NCBI RefSeq assembly: GCF_009914755.1
Contig: NC_060937.1
Reading direction: 5' to 3' (one strand)
Origin: the human T2T-CHM13v2.0 reference genome, Homo sapiens
DNA: 64,000 nt
Positions within the stretch are counted from its first letter, which is position 1. Each line of letters begins with the position of its first letter. The position numbers and the translations under genes were made by a program. Of the stretch, positions 44,300 to 60,975 are shown piece by piece. The notes below the pieces were generated by a model. It did no database searches. It was not told where the DNA came from and saw only the letters and a list, made by a program, of their open reading frames with translations.

Positions 44300-47200
44300 C
44301 CAAGGTATATATTCTATACTGTACAAAAAATATCAAAGTACCCAAAGCATGTATTATATACTGTACATAAAATATGAAAGTACATCAAATATATATTTTA
44401 TTCTGTACATAAAATATCAAAGTACACCAGATATATATTCTATAGTGTACATAAAATATCAAAGTACCCAAACTATACATTATATACTGTACATAAAATA
44501 TGAAATTACATCAAATATATATTATATTAGGTACATAAAATATGAAAGTACATCAGATATAGATTATATACTGTACATAAAATATCAAAGTACCCCAAAT
44601 ATATATTATATACTCTACATGAAATATCAAAGTTCACAAACTATACATTATATACTGTACATAAAATATCAAAGTACCCAAGGTATATATTCTATACTGT
44701 ACAAAAAATATCAAAGTAACCAAAGCATGTATTATATACTGTACATAAAATATGAAAGTACATCAAGTATATATTTTATTCTGTACATAAAATATCAAAG
44801 TACACCAGATATATATTCTATAGTGTACATAAAATAACAAAGTACACAAACTATACATTATATACTGTACATAAAATATGAAATTACATCAAATATATAT
44901 TAGGTACATAAAATATGAAAGTACATCAAATATAGGTTATATACTGTACATAAAATATCAAAGTACCCCAAATATATATTATATACTCTACATGAAATAT
45001 CAAAGTACACAAACTATATATTATATACTGTACATAAAATATCATAGTACCCAAAGTATATATTCTATACTGTACAAAAAATATCAAAGTACCCAAAGCA
45101 TGTATTATATACTCTATATAAAATATGAAAGTACATCAAATATATATTTTATTCTGTACATAAAATATCAAAGTACACCAGATATATATTCTATAGTGTA
45201 CATAAAATAACAAAGTACACAAACTATAAATTATATACTGTACATAAAATATGAAATTACATCAAATATATATTAGGTACATAAAATATGAAAGTACATA
45301 AAATATAGATTATATACTGTACATATAATATCAATGTTCCCCAAATATATATTTTATACTCTTCATGAAATATCAAAGTTCACAAACCATATATTATATA
45401 CTGTACATAAAATATCAAAGTACCCAAGGTATATATTCTATACTGTACAAAAAATATCGAAGTACCCAAAGCATGTATTATATACTGTACATAAAATATG
45501 AAAGTACATCAAATATATATTTTATTCTGTACATAAAATATCAAAGTACACCAGATATATATTCTATAGTGTACATAAAATATCAAAAGTACCCAAACTA
45601 TACATTATATACTGTACATAAAATATGAAATTACATCAAATATATATTATATTAGCTACATAAAATATGAAAGTACATCAAATATAGATTATATACTGTA
45701 CATTAAATACCAAAATACCCCAAATATATATTTTATACTCTACATGAAATATCAAAGTTCACAAACCATATATTATATACTGTACATAAAATATCAAAGT
45801 ACCCAAGGTATATATTCTATACTGTACAAAAAATATCAAAGTAGCCAAAGCATGTATTATATACTGTACATAAAATATGAAAGTACATCAAATATATATT
45901 TTATTCTGTACATAAAACATCAAAGTACACCAGATATATATTCTATAGTGTACATAAAATATCAAAGTACCCAAACTATACATTATATACTGTACATAAA
46001 ATATGAAATTACATCAAATATATATTATATTAGGTACATAAAATATGAAAGTACATCAGATATAGATTATATACTGTACATAAAATATCAAAGTACCCCA
46101 AATATATATTATATACTCTACATGAAATATCAAAGTTCACAAACTATACATTATATACTGTACATAAAATATCAAAGTACCCAAGGTATATATTCTATAC
46201 TGTACAAAAAATATCAAAGTAACCAAAGCATGTATTATATACTGTACATAAAATATGAAAGTACATCAAGTATATATTTTATTCTGTACATAAAATATCA
46301 AAGTACACCAGATATATATTCTATAGTGTACATAAAATAACAAAGTACACAAACTATACATTATATACTGTACATAAAATATGAAATTACATCAAATATA
46401 TATTAGGTACATAAAATATGAAAGTACATCAAATATAGGTTATATACTGTACATAAAATATCAAAGTACCCCAAATATATATTATATACTCTACATGAAA
46501 TATCAAAGTTCACAAACTATATATTATATACTGTACATAATATATCATAGTACCCAAAGTATATATTCTATACTGTACAAAAAATATCAAAGTACCCAAA
46601 GCATGTATTATATACTGTACATAAAATATGAAAGTACATCAAATATATATTTTATTCTGTACATAAAATATCAAAGTACACCAGATATATATTCTATAGT
46701 GTACATAAAATAACAAAGTACACAAACTATAAATTATATACTGTACATAAAATATGAAACTACATCAAATATATATTAGGTACATAAAATATGAAAGTAC
46801 ATCAAATATAGATTATATACTGTACATATAATATCAATGTACCCCAAATATATATTTTATACTCTTCATGAAATATCAAAGTTCACAAACCATATATTAT
46901 ATACTGTACATAAAATATCAAAGTACCCAAGGTATATATTCTATACTGTACAAAAAATATCAAAGTACCCAAAGCATGTATTATATACTGTACATAAAAT
47001 ATGAAAGTACATCAAATATATATTTTATTCTGTACATAAAATATCAAAGTACACCAGATATATATTCTATAGTGTACATAAAATATCAAAAGTACCCAAA
47101 CTATACATTATATACTGTACATAAAATATGAAATTACATCAAATATATATTATATTAGCTACATAAAATATGAAAGTACATCAAATATAGATTATATACT

Positions 47201-47340
47201 GTACATTAAATACCAAAATACCCCAAATATATATTTTATACTCTACATGAAATATCAAAGTTCACAAACCATATATTATATACTGTACATAAAATATCAA
47301 AGTACCCAAGGTATATATTCTATACTGTACAAAAAATATC
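44300..47340 (+). repeat. Tandem duplication, period 1503 bp (4 units); a further copy at about 49300-50900 (offset 3373 from the second copy)
   Basis: ORF triplets at 44878/46381/49754 and 45365/46868/50241. Shared variants are a +1 insertion tatcaaaagt (45581, 47084, 50457), attagctaca, ataggtta, catcaagtat, atcatagtac and ctcttcatg. Confidence 0.9.
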
Positions 47341-50300
47341 AAAGTACCCAAAGCATGTAATATATACTGTATACAAAATATGAAAATACATTAAATATAT
47401 ATTTTATTCTGTACATAAAATATCAAAGTACACCAGATATGTATTCTATAGTGTACATAAAATAACAAAGTACACAAACTATAAATTATATACTGTACGT
47501 AAAATATGAAATTACATCAAATATATATTAGGTACATAAAATATGAAAGTACATCAGATATAGATTATATACTGCACATATAATATCAATGTACCCCAAA
47601 TATATATTTTATACTCTACATGAAATATCAAAGTTCACAAACGATACATTATATACTGTACATAAAATATCAAAGTACCCAAGGTATATATTCTATACTG
47701 TACGAAAAATATCAAAGTACCCAAAGCATGTATTATATACTGTACATAAAATATGAAAGTACATCAAATATATATTTTATTCTGTACATAAAATATCAAA
47801 GTACACCAGATGTATATTCTATAGTGTACATAAAATATCAAACTACCCAAACTATACATTATATACTGTATGTAAAATATGAAATTACATCAAATATATA
47901 TTAGGTACATAAAATATGAAAGTATATCAAATATAGATTATATACTGTACATATAATATCAATGTACCCCAAATATATATTATACACTCTACATGAAATA
48001 TCAAAATTCACAAACCATATATTATATACTGTACATAAAATATCAAAGTACCCAAGGTATATATTCTATACTGTACAAAAAATATCAAAGTACCCAAAGC
48101 ATGTATTATATACTGTACATAAAATATGAAAGTACATCAAATATATATTTTATTCTGTACATAAAATATCAAAGTACACCAGATATATATTCTATAGTGT
48201 ACATAATATATCAAAGTACCCAAACTATACATTATATACTGTACATAAAATATGAAATTACATCAAATAGATATTATATTAGGTACATAAAATATGAAAG
48301 CACATCAAATATAGATTATATACTGTACATGAAATACCAAAGTACCCCAAATATATATTTTATACGGTACATGAAATATCAAAGTTCACAAACTATATAT
48401 TATATACTGTACATAAAATATCAAAGTACCCAAGGTATATATTCTATACTGTACAAAAAATATCAAAGTACCCAAAGCATGTATTATATACTGTACATAA
48501 AATATGAAAGTACATCAAATATATATTTTATTCTGTACAGAAAATATCAAAGTACACCAGATATATATTCTATAGTGTACATAAAATATCAAAGTACCCA
48601 AACTATACATTATATACTGTACAAAAAATATGAAATTACATCAAATTTATATTAGGTACATAAAATATGAAAGTACATCAAATATAGATTATATACTGTA
48701 CATAAAATATCAAAGTACCCCAAATATATATTATATACTCTACATGAAATATCAAAGTTCACAATCTATATATTATATACTGTACATAAAATATCCAAGT
48801 ACCCAAGGTATATATTCTATACTGTACAAAAAATATCATCGTACCCAAAGCATGTATTATATACTCTATATAAAATATGAAAGTACATCACATATATATT
48901 TTATTCTGTACATAAAATATCAAAGTACACCAGATATATATTCTATAGTGTACATAAAATAACAAAGTACAAAAACTATAAATGATATGCTGTACATAAA
49001 ATATGAAATTACATCAAATATATATTAGGTACATAAAATATGAAAGTACATCAAATATAGATTATATACTGTACATAAAATATCAATGTACCCCAAATAT
49101 ATATTTTATACTCTACATGAAATATCAAAGTTCACAAACCATATATTATATACTTTACATAAAATATCAAAGTACCCAAGGTATATATTCTATACTGTAC
49201 AAAAAATATCAAAGTACCCAAAGCATGTATTATATACTGTACATAAAATATGAAAGTACATCAAACATATATTTTATTCTGTACATAAAATATCAAAGTA
49301 CACCAGATATATATTCTATAGTGTACATAAAATATCAAAGTACCCAAACTATACATTATATACTGTACATAAAATATGAAATTACATCAAATATATATTA
49401 TATTAGGTACATAAAATATTAAAGTACATCAGATATAGATTATATAGTGTACATAAAATATCAAAGTACCCCAAATATATATTATATACTCTACATGAAA
49501 TATCAAAGTTCACAAACTATACATTATATACTGTACATAAAATATCAAAGTACACAAGGTATATATTCTATACTGTACAAAAAATATCAAAGTAACCAAA
49601 GCATGTATTATATACTGTACATAAAATATGAAAGTACATCAAGTATATATTTTATTCTGTAGATAAAATATCAAACTACACCAGATATATATTCTATAGT
49701 GTACATAAAATAACAAAGTACACAAACTATACATTATATACTGTACATAAAATATGAAATTACATCAAATATATATTAGGTACATAAAATATGAAAGTAC
49801 ATCAAATATAGGTTATATACTGTACATAAAATATCAAAGTACCCCAAATATATATTATATACTCTACATGAAATATCAAAGTTCACAAACTATATATTAT
49901 ATACTGTACATAAAATATCATAGTACCCAAAGTATATATTCTATACTGTACAAAAAATATCAAAGTACCCAAAGCATGTATTATATACTCTATATACAAT
50001 ATGAAAGTACATCAAATATATATTTTATTCTGTACATAAAATATCAAAGTACACCAGATATATATTCTATAGTGTACATAAAATAACAAAGTACACAAAC
50101 TATATATTATATACTGTACATAAAATATGAAATTACATCAAATATATGTTAGGTACATAAAATATGAAAGTACATCAAATATAGATTATATACTGTACAT
50201 ATAATATCAATGTACCCCAAATATATATTTTATACTCTTCATGAAATATCAAAGTTCACAAACCATATATTATATACTGTACATAAAATATCAAAGTACC

Positions 50301-52960
50301 CAAGGTATATATTCTATACTGTACAAAAAATATCAAAGTACCCAAAGCATGTATTATATACTGTACATAAAATATGAAAGTACATCAAATATATATTTTA
50401 TTCTGTACATAAAATATCAAAGTACACCAGATATATATTCTATAGTGTACATAAAATATCAAAAGTACCCAAACTATACATTATATACTGTACATAAAAT
50501 ATGAAATTACATCAAATATATATTATATTAGCTACATAAAATATGAAAGTACATCAAATATAGATTATATACTGTACATTAAATACCAAAATACCCCAAA
50601 TATATATTTTATACTCTACATGAAATATCAAAGTTCACAAACCATATATTATATACTGTACATAAAATATCAAAGTACCCAAGGTATATATTCTATACTG
50701 TACAAAAAATATCAAAGTACCCAAAGCATGTATTATATACTGTACATAAAATATGAAAGTACATTAAATATATATTTTATTCTGTACATAAAACATCAAA
50801 GTACACCAGATATATATTCTATAGTGTACATAAAATATCAAAGTACCCAAACTATACATTATATACTGTACATAAAATATGAAATTACATCAAATATATA
50901 TTATATTAGGTACATAAAATATGAAAGTACATCAGATATAGATTATATACTGCACATAAAATATCAAAGTACCCCAAATATATATTATATACTCTACATG
51001 AAATACCAAAGTTCACAAACTATATATTATATACTGTACATAAAATATCAAAGTACCCAAGGTATATATTCTATACTGTACAAAAAATATCAAAGTACCC
51101 AAAGCATGTAATATATACTGTATACAAAATATGAAAATACATTAAATATATATTTTATTCTGTACATAAAATATCAACGTACACCAGATATGTATTCTAT
51201 AGTGTACATAAAATAACAAAGTACACAAACTATAAATTATATACTGTACGTAAAATATGAAATTACATCAAATATATATTAGGTACATAAAATATGAAAG
51301 TACATCAGATATAGATTATATACTGCACATATAATATCAATGTACCCCAAATATATATTTTATACTCTACATGAAATATCAAAGTTCACAAACGATACAT
51401 TATATACTGTACATAAAATATCAAAGTACCCAAGGTATATATTCTATACTGTACAAAAAATATCAAAGTACCCAAAGCATGTATTATATACTGTACATAA
51501 AATATGAAAGTACATCAAATATATATTTTATTCTGTACATAAAATATCAAAGTACACCAGATATATATTCTATAGTGTACATAAAATATCAAAGTACCCA
51601 AACTATACATTATATACTGTACGTAAAATATGAAATTACATCAAATATATATTAGGTACATAAAATATGAAAGTATATCAAATATAGATTATATACTGTA
51701 CATATAATATCAATGTCCCCCAAATATATATTTTACACTCTACATGAAATATCAAAATTCACAAACCATATATTATATACTGTACATAAAATATCAAAGT
51801 ACCCAAGGTATATATTCTATACTGTACAAAAAATATCAAAGTACCCAAAGCATGTATTATATACTGTACATAAAATATGAAAGTACATCAAATATATATT
51901 TTATTCTGTACATAAAATATCAAAGTACACCAGATATATATTCTATAGTGTACCTAATATATCAAAGTACCCAAACTATACATTACATACTGTACATAAA
52001 ATATGAAATTACATCAAATATATATTATATTAGGTACATAAAATATGAAAGCACATCAAATATAGATTATATACTGTACATGAAATACCAAAGTACCCCA
52101 AATATATATTTTATACGGTACATGAAATATCAAAGTTCACAAACTATATATCATATACTGTATATAAAATATCAAAGTACCCAAGGTATATATTCTATAC
52201 TGTACAAAAAATATCAAAGTACCCAAAGCATGTATTATATACTGTACATAAAATATGAAAGTACATCAAATATATATTTTATTCTGTACAGAAAATATCA
52301 AAGTACACCAGATATATATTCTATAGTGTACATAAAATATCAAAGTACCCAAACTATACATTATATACTGTACATAAAATATGAAATTACATCAAATTTA
52401 TATTAGGTACATAAAATATGAAAGTACATCAAATATAGATTATATACTGTACATAAAATATCAAAGTACCCCAAATATATATTATATACTCTACATGAAA
52501 TATCAAAGTTCACAAACTATAAATTATATACTGTACATAAAATATCCAAGTACCCAAGGTATATATTCTATACTGTACAAAAAATATCAACGTACCCAAA
52601 GCATGTATTATATACTGTATATAAAATATGAAAGTACATCACATATATATTTTATTCTGTACATAAAATATCAAAGTACACCAGATATATATTCTATAGT
52701 GTACATAAAATAACAAAGTACAAAAACTATAAATGATATGCTGTACATAAAATATGAAATTACATCAAATATATATTAGGTACATAAAATATGAAAGTAC
52801 ATCAAATATAGATTATATACTGTACATAAAATATCAATGTACCCCAAATATATATTTTATACTCTACATGAAATATCAAAGTTCACAAACCATATATTAT
52901 ATACTGTACATAAAATATCAAAGTACCCAAGGTATATATTCTATACTGTACAAAAAATAT
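47300..52960 (+). repeat. Duplication at offset 3751 bp (about 47300-49200 vs about 51050-52960)
   Basis: ORF pairs at 47620/51371, 47993/51744 and 48630/52381. Shared variants are gcatgtaata, tatacaaaat, aacgatac, ctgtacagaaa, tatccaagt and aaatgatatgct. Confidence 0.88.
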
Positions 52961-55814
52961 CAAAGTACTCAAAGCATGTATTATATACTGTACATAAAAT
53001 ATGAAATTACATCAAATATATATTTTATTCTGTACATAAAATATCAAAGTACACCAGATATATACTCTATAGTGTACATAAAATATCAAAGTACCCAAAC
53101 TATGCATTATACACTGTACATAAAATATGAAATTACATCAAATATATATTATATTAGGTACATAAAATATGAAAGCACATCAAATATAGATTATATACTG
53201 TACATTAAATACCAAAGTACCCCAAATATATATTTTATACTGTACATCAAATATCAAAGTTCACAAACTATATATTATATACTGTACATAAAATATCAAA
53301 GTACCCATGGTATATATTCTATACTGTACAAAAAATATCAAAGTACTCAAAGCATGTATTATATACTGTACATAAAATATGAAAGTACATTAAATATTTA
53401 TTTTATTCTGTACATAAAATATCAAAGTACACCAGAAATATATTCTATAGTGTACATAAAATATAAAAGTACCCAAACTATACATTATATACTGTACATA
53501 AAATATGTAATTACATCAAAAATATATTATATTAGGTACATAAAATATGAAAGTACATCAAATATAGATTATATACTGTACATTAAATACCAAAGTACCC
53601 CAAATATATATTATATACTCTACATGAAATATCAAAGTTCACAAACTATATATTATATACTGTACATAAAATATCAAAGTACCCAAAGTATATATTCTAT
53701 ACTGTACAAAAAATATCAAAGTACCCAAAGCATGTATTATATACTGTATATAAAATATGAAAGTACATCAAATATATATTTTATTCTGTACATAAAATAT
53801 CAAAGTACACCAGATATATATTCTATAGTGTACATAAAATAACAAAGTACACAAACTATAAATTATATACTGTACATAAAATATGAAATTACATCAAATA
53901 TATATTAGGTACATAAAATATGAACGTACATCAAATATAGATTATATACTGTACATAAAATATCAATGTACCCCAAATATATATTTTATACTCGACATGA
54001 AATATCAAAGTTCACAAACCATATAATATATACTGTACATAAAATATCAAAGTACCCAAGGTATATATTCTATACTGTACAAAAAATATCAAAGTACCCA
54101 AAGCATGTATTATATACTGTACATAAAATATGAAAGTACATCAAATATATATTTTATTCTGTACATAAAATATCAAAGTACACCAGATATATATTCTATA
54201 GTGTACATAAAATATCAAAGTACCCAAACTATACATTATATACTGTACATAAAATATGAAATTACATCAAATATATATTATATTAGGTACATAAAATATG
54301 AAAGTACATCAAATATAGATTATATACTGTACATTAAATACCAAAGTACCCCAAATATATATTTTATACTGTACATGAAATATCAAAGTTCACAAACTAT
54401 ATATTATATACTGTACATATAATATCAAAGTACCCAAGGTATATATTCTATACTGTACAAAAAATATCAAAGTACCCAAAGCATGTATTATATACTGTAC
54501 ATAAAATATGAAAGTACATCAAATATATATTTTATTCTGTACATAATATATCAAAGTACACCAGATATATATTCTATAGTGTACATAAAATAACAAAGTA
54601 CACAAACTATACATTATATACTGTACATAAAATATGAAATTACATCAAATATATATTAGTACATAAAATATGAAAGTACATCAAATATAGATTATATACT
54701 GTACATAAAATATCAATGTACCCCAAATATATATTTTATACTATACATGAAATATCAAAGTTCACAAACCATATATTGTATACTGTACATAAAATATCAA
54801 AGTACCCAAGGTATATGTTCTATACTGTACAAAAAATATCAAAGTACCCAAAGCATGTATTATATACTGTACATAAAATATGAAAGTACATCAAATATAT
54901 ATTTTATTCCGTACATAAAATATCAAAGTACACCAGATATATATTCTATAGTGTACATAAAATATCAAAGTACACAAACTATACATTATATACTGTACAT
55001 AAAATATGAAATTACATAAAATATATATTATATAAGGTACATAAAATATGAAAGTACATCAAATATAGATTATATACTGTACAATAAATACCAAAGAACC
55101 CCAAATATATATTATATACTGTACATTAAATACCAAAGAACCCCAAATATATATTATATACTCTACATGAAATATCAAAGTTCACAAACTATATATTATA
55201 TACTGTACATGAAATATCAAAGTACCCAAGGTATATATTCTATACTGTACAAAATATATCAAAGTACCCAAAGCATGTATTATATACTGTATATAAAATA
55301 TGAAAGTACATCAAATATATATTTTATTCTGTACATAAAATAGCAAAGTACACCAGATATATATTCTATAGTGTACATAAAATAACAAAGTACAAAAACT
55401 ATAAATTATATACTGTACATAAAATATGAAATTACATCAAATATATATTAGGTACATAAAATAAGAAAGTACATCAAATATAGATTATATACTGTACATA
55501 AAATATCAATGTACCCCAAATATATATTTTATACTCGACATGAAATATCAAAGTTCACAAACCATATAATATATACTGTACATAAAATATCAAAGTACCC
55601 AAGGTATATATTCTATACTGTACAAAAAATATCAAAGTACCCAAAGCATGTATTATATACTGTACATAAAATATGAAAGTACATCAAATATATATTTTAT
55701 TCTGTACATAAAATATCAAAATACACCAGATATATATTCTATAGTGTACATAAAATATCAAAGTACCCAAACTATACATTACATACTGTACATAAAATAT
55801 GAAATTACATCACA

Positions 55815-58800
55815 TATATATTATATTAGGTACATAAAATATGAAAGTACATCGAATATAGATTATATACTGTACATTAAATACCAAAGTACCCCAAATA
55901 TATATTTTATACTGTACATGAAATATCAAAGTTCACAAACTATATATTATATACTGTACATATAATATCAAAGTACCCAAGGTATATATTCTATACTGTA
56001 CAAAAAATATCAAAGTACCCAAAGCATGTATTATATACAGTACATAAAATATGAAAGTACATCAAATATATATTTTATTCTGTACATAAAATATCAAAGT
56101 ACACCAGATATATATTCTATAGTGTACATAAAATAACAAAGTACACAAACTATACATTATATACTGTACATAAAATATGAAATTACATCAAATATATATT
56201 AGTACATAAAATATGAAAGTACATCAAATATAGATTATATACTGTACATAAAATATCAATGTACCCCAAATATATATTTTATACTATACATGAAATATCA
56301 AAGTTCACAAACCATATATTGTATACTGTACATAAAATATCAAAGTACCCAAGGTATATGTTCTATACTGTACAAAAAATATCAAAGTACCCAAAGCATG
56401 TATTATATACTGTACATAAAATATGAAAGTACATCAAATATATATTTTATTCCGTACATAAAATATCAAAGTACACCAGATATATATTCTATAGTGTACA
56501 TAAAATATCAAAGTACCCAAACTATACATTATATACTGTACATAAAATATGAAATTACATCAAATATATATTATATTAGGTACATAAAATATGTAAGTAC
56601 ATAAAATATAGATTATATACTGTACATAAAATATCAAAGTACCCCAAATATATATTATATACTGAACATGAAATATCAAAGTTCACAAACTATATATTAT
56701 ATACTGTACATAAAATATCAAAGTACCCAAGGTATATATTCTATAATGTACAAAATATATCAAAGTACCCAAAACGTGTATTATATACTGTATATAAAAT
56801 ATGAAATTACATCAAATATATATTTTATTCTGTACATAAAATATCAGAGTACACCAGATATATATTCTATAGTGTACATAAAATATCAAAGTACCCAAAC
56901 TATACATTATATACTGTACATAAAATATGAAATTAAATCAAATATATATTATATTAGGTACATAAAATATGAAAGTACATCAAATATAGATTATATACTG
57001 TACATTAAATACCAAAGTACCCCAAATATATATTTTATACTGTACATGAAATGTCAAAGTTCACAAACTCTATATTATATACTGTACATAAAATATCAAA
57101 GTAACTAAGGTATATATTCAATACTGTACAAAAAATATCAAAGTACCCAAAGCATGTATTATATACTGTACCTAAAATATGAAAATACATCAAATATATA
57201 TTTTATCCTGTACATAAAATATCAAAGTACACCAGATATATATTCTATAGTGTACATAAAATATCAAAGTACCCAAACTATACATTATATACTGTACATA
57301 AAATATGAAATTACATCAAATATATATTATATTAGGTACATAAAATATGAAAGTACATCAAATATAGATTATATACTGTACATTAAATACCAAAGTACCC
57401 CAAATATATATTTTATACTGTACATGAAATATCAAAGTTCACAAACTATATATTATATACTGTACATATAATATCAAAGTACCCAAGGTATATATTCTAT
57501 ACTGTACAAAAAATATCAAAGTACCCAAAGCATGTATTATATACTGTACATAAAATATGAAAGTACATCAAATATATATTTTATTCTGTACATAATATAT
57601 CAAAGTACACCAGATATATATTCTATAGTGTACATAAAATAACAAAGTACACAAACTATACATTATATACTGTACATAAAATATGAAATTACATCAAATA
57701 TATATTAGTACATAAAATATGAAAGTACATCAAATATAGATTATATACTGTACATAAAATATCAATGTACCCCAAATATATATTTTATACTATACATGAA
57801 ATATCAAAGTTCACAAACCATATATTGTATACTGTACATAAAATATCAAAGTACCCAAGGTATATGTTCTATACTGTACAAAAAATATCAAAGTACCCAA
57901 AGCATGTATTATATACTGTACATAAAATATGAAAGTACAGCAAATATATATTATATTAGGTACATAAAATATGTAAGTACATAAAATATAGATTATATAC
58001 TGTACATAAAATATCAAAGTACCCCAAATATATATTATATACTGAACATGAAATATCAAAGTTCACAAACTATATATTATATACTGTACATAAAATATCA
58101 AAGTACCCAAGGTATATATTCTATAATGTACAAAATATATCAAAGTACCCAAAACGTGTATTATATACTGTATATAAAATATGAAATTACATCAAATATA
58201 TATTTTATTCTGTACATAAAATATCAGAGTACACCAGATATATATTCTATAGTGTACATAAAATATCAAAGTACCCAAACTATACATTATATACTGTACA
58301 TAAAATATGAAATTAAATCAAATATATATTATATTAGGTACATAAAATATGAAAGTACATCAAATATAGATTATATACTGTACATTAAATACCAAAGTAC
58401 CCCAAATATATATTTTATACTGTACATGAATTATCAAAGTTCACAAACTCTATATTATATACTGTACATAAAATATCAAAGTACCTAAGGTATATATTCA
58501 ATACTGTACAAAAAATATCAAAGTACCCAAAGCATGTATTATATACTGTACCTAAAATATGAAAATACATCAAATATATATTTTATTCTGTACATAAAAT
58601 ATCAAAGTACACCAGATATATATTCTATAGTGTACATAAAATATCAAAGTACCCAAACTATACATTATATACTGTACATAAAATATGAAATTACATCAAA
58701 TATATATTATATTAGGTACATAAAATATGAAAGTACATCGAATATAGATTATATACTGTACATTAAATACCAAAGTACCCCAAATATATATTTTATACTG

Positions 58801-60975
58801 TACATGAAATATCAAAGTTCACAAACTATATATTATATACTGTACATATAATATCAAAGTACCCAAGGTATATATTCTATACTGTACAAAAAATATCAAA
58901 GTACCCAAAGCATGTATTATATACAGTACATAAAATATGAAAGTACATCAAATATATATTTTATTCTGTACATAAAATATCAAAGTACACCAGATATATA
59001 TTCTATAGTGTACATAAAATAACAAAGTACACAAACTATACATTATATACTGTACATAAAATATGAAATTACATCAAATATATATTAGTACATAAAATAT
59101 GAAAGTACATCAAATATAGATTATATACTGTACATAAAATATCAATGTACCCCAAATATATATTTTATACTATACATGAAATATCAAAGTTCACAAACCA
59201 TATATTGTATACTGTACATAAAATATCAAAGTACCCAAGGTATATGTTCTATACTGTACAAAAAATATCAAAGTACCCAAAGCATGTATTATATACTGTA
59301 CATAAAATATGAAAGTACATCAAATATATATTTTATTCCGTACATAAAATATCAAAGTACACCAGATATATATTCTATAGTGTACATAAAATATCAAAGT
59401 ACCCAAACTATACATTATATACTGTACATAAAATATGAAATTACATCAAATATATATTATATTAGGTACATAAAATATGTAAGTACATAAAATATAGATT
59501 ATATACTGTACATAAAATATCAAAGTACCCCAAATATATATTATATACTGAACATGAAATATCAAAGTTCACAAACTATATATTATATACTGTACATAAA
59601 ATATCAAAGTACCCAAGGTATATATTCTATAATGTACAAAATATATCAAAGTACCCAAAACGTGTATTATATACTGTATATAAAATATGAAATTACATCA
59701 AATATATATTTTATTCTGTACATAAAATATCAGAGTACACCAGATATATATTCTATAGTGTACATAAAATATCAAAGTACCCAAACTATACATTATATAC
59801 TGTACATAAAATATGAAATTAAATCAAATATATATTATATTAGGTACATAAAATATGAAAGTACATCAAATATAGATTATATACTGTACATTAAATACCA
59901 AAGTACCCCAAATATATATTTTATACTGTACATGAAATGTCAAAGTTCACAAACTCTATATTATATACTGTACATAAAATATCAAAGTAACTAAGGTATA
60001 TATTCAATACTGTACAAAAAATATCAAAGTACCCAAAGCATGTATTATATACTGTACCTAAAATATGAAAATACATCAAATATATATTTTATTCTGTACA
60101 TAAAATATCAAAGTACACCAGATATATATTCTATAGTGTACATAAAATATCAAAGTACCCAAACTATACATTATATACTGTACATAAAATATGAAATTAC
60201 ATCAAATATATATTATATTAGGTACATAAAATATGAAAGTACATCAAATATAGATTATATACTGTACATTAAATACCAAAGTACCCCAAATATATATTTT
60301 ATACTGTACATGAAATATCAAAGTTCACAAACTATATATTATATACTGTACATATAATATCAAAGTACCCAAGGTATATATTCTATACTGTACAAAAAAT
60401 ATCAAAGTACCCAAAGCATGTATTATATACTGTACATAAAATATGAAAGTACATCAAATATATATTTTATTCTGTACATAATATATCAAAGTACACCAGA
60501 TATATATTCTATAGTGTACATAAAATAACAAAGTACACAAACTATACATTATATACTGTACATAAAATATGAAATTACATCAAATATATATTAGTACATA
60601 AAATATGAAAGTACATCAAATATAGATTATATACTGTACATAAAATATCAATGTACCCCAAATATATATTTTATACTATACATGAAATATCAAAGTTCAC
60701 AAACCATATATTGTATACTGTACATAAAATATCAAAGTACCCAAGGTATATGTTCTATACTGTACAAAAAATATCAAAGTACCCAAAGCATGTATTATAT
60801 ACTGTACATAAAATATGAAAGTACAGCAAATATATATTATATTAGGTACATAAAATATGTAAGTACATAAAATATAGATTATATACTGTACATAAAATAT
60901 CAAAGTACCCCAAATATATATTATATACTGAACATGAAATATCAAAGTTCACAAACTATATATTATATACTGTAC
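55815..60975 (+). repeat. Near-identical duplication at offset 2886 bp (about 55815-58090 vs about 58700-60975), built of 1506- and 1380-bp sub-blocks
   Basis: Identical ORF pairs at 56290/59176, 56668/59554, 57154/60040, 57796/60682 and 57811/60697. Shared variants are catcgaat, tatgtaagt, ctgaacatg, aaaacgtg, tcagagtac and gtaactaagg. Confidence 0.92.
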
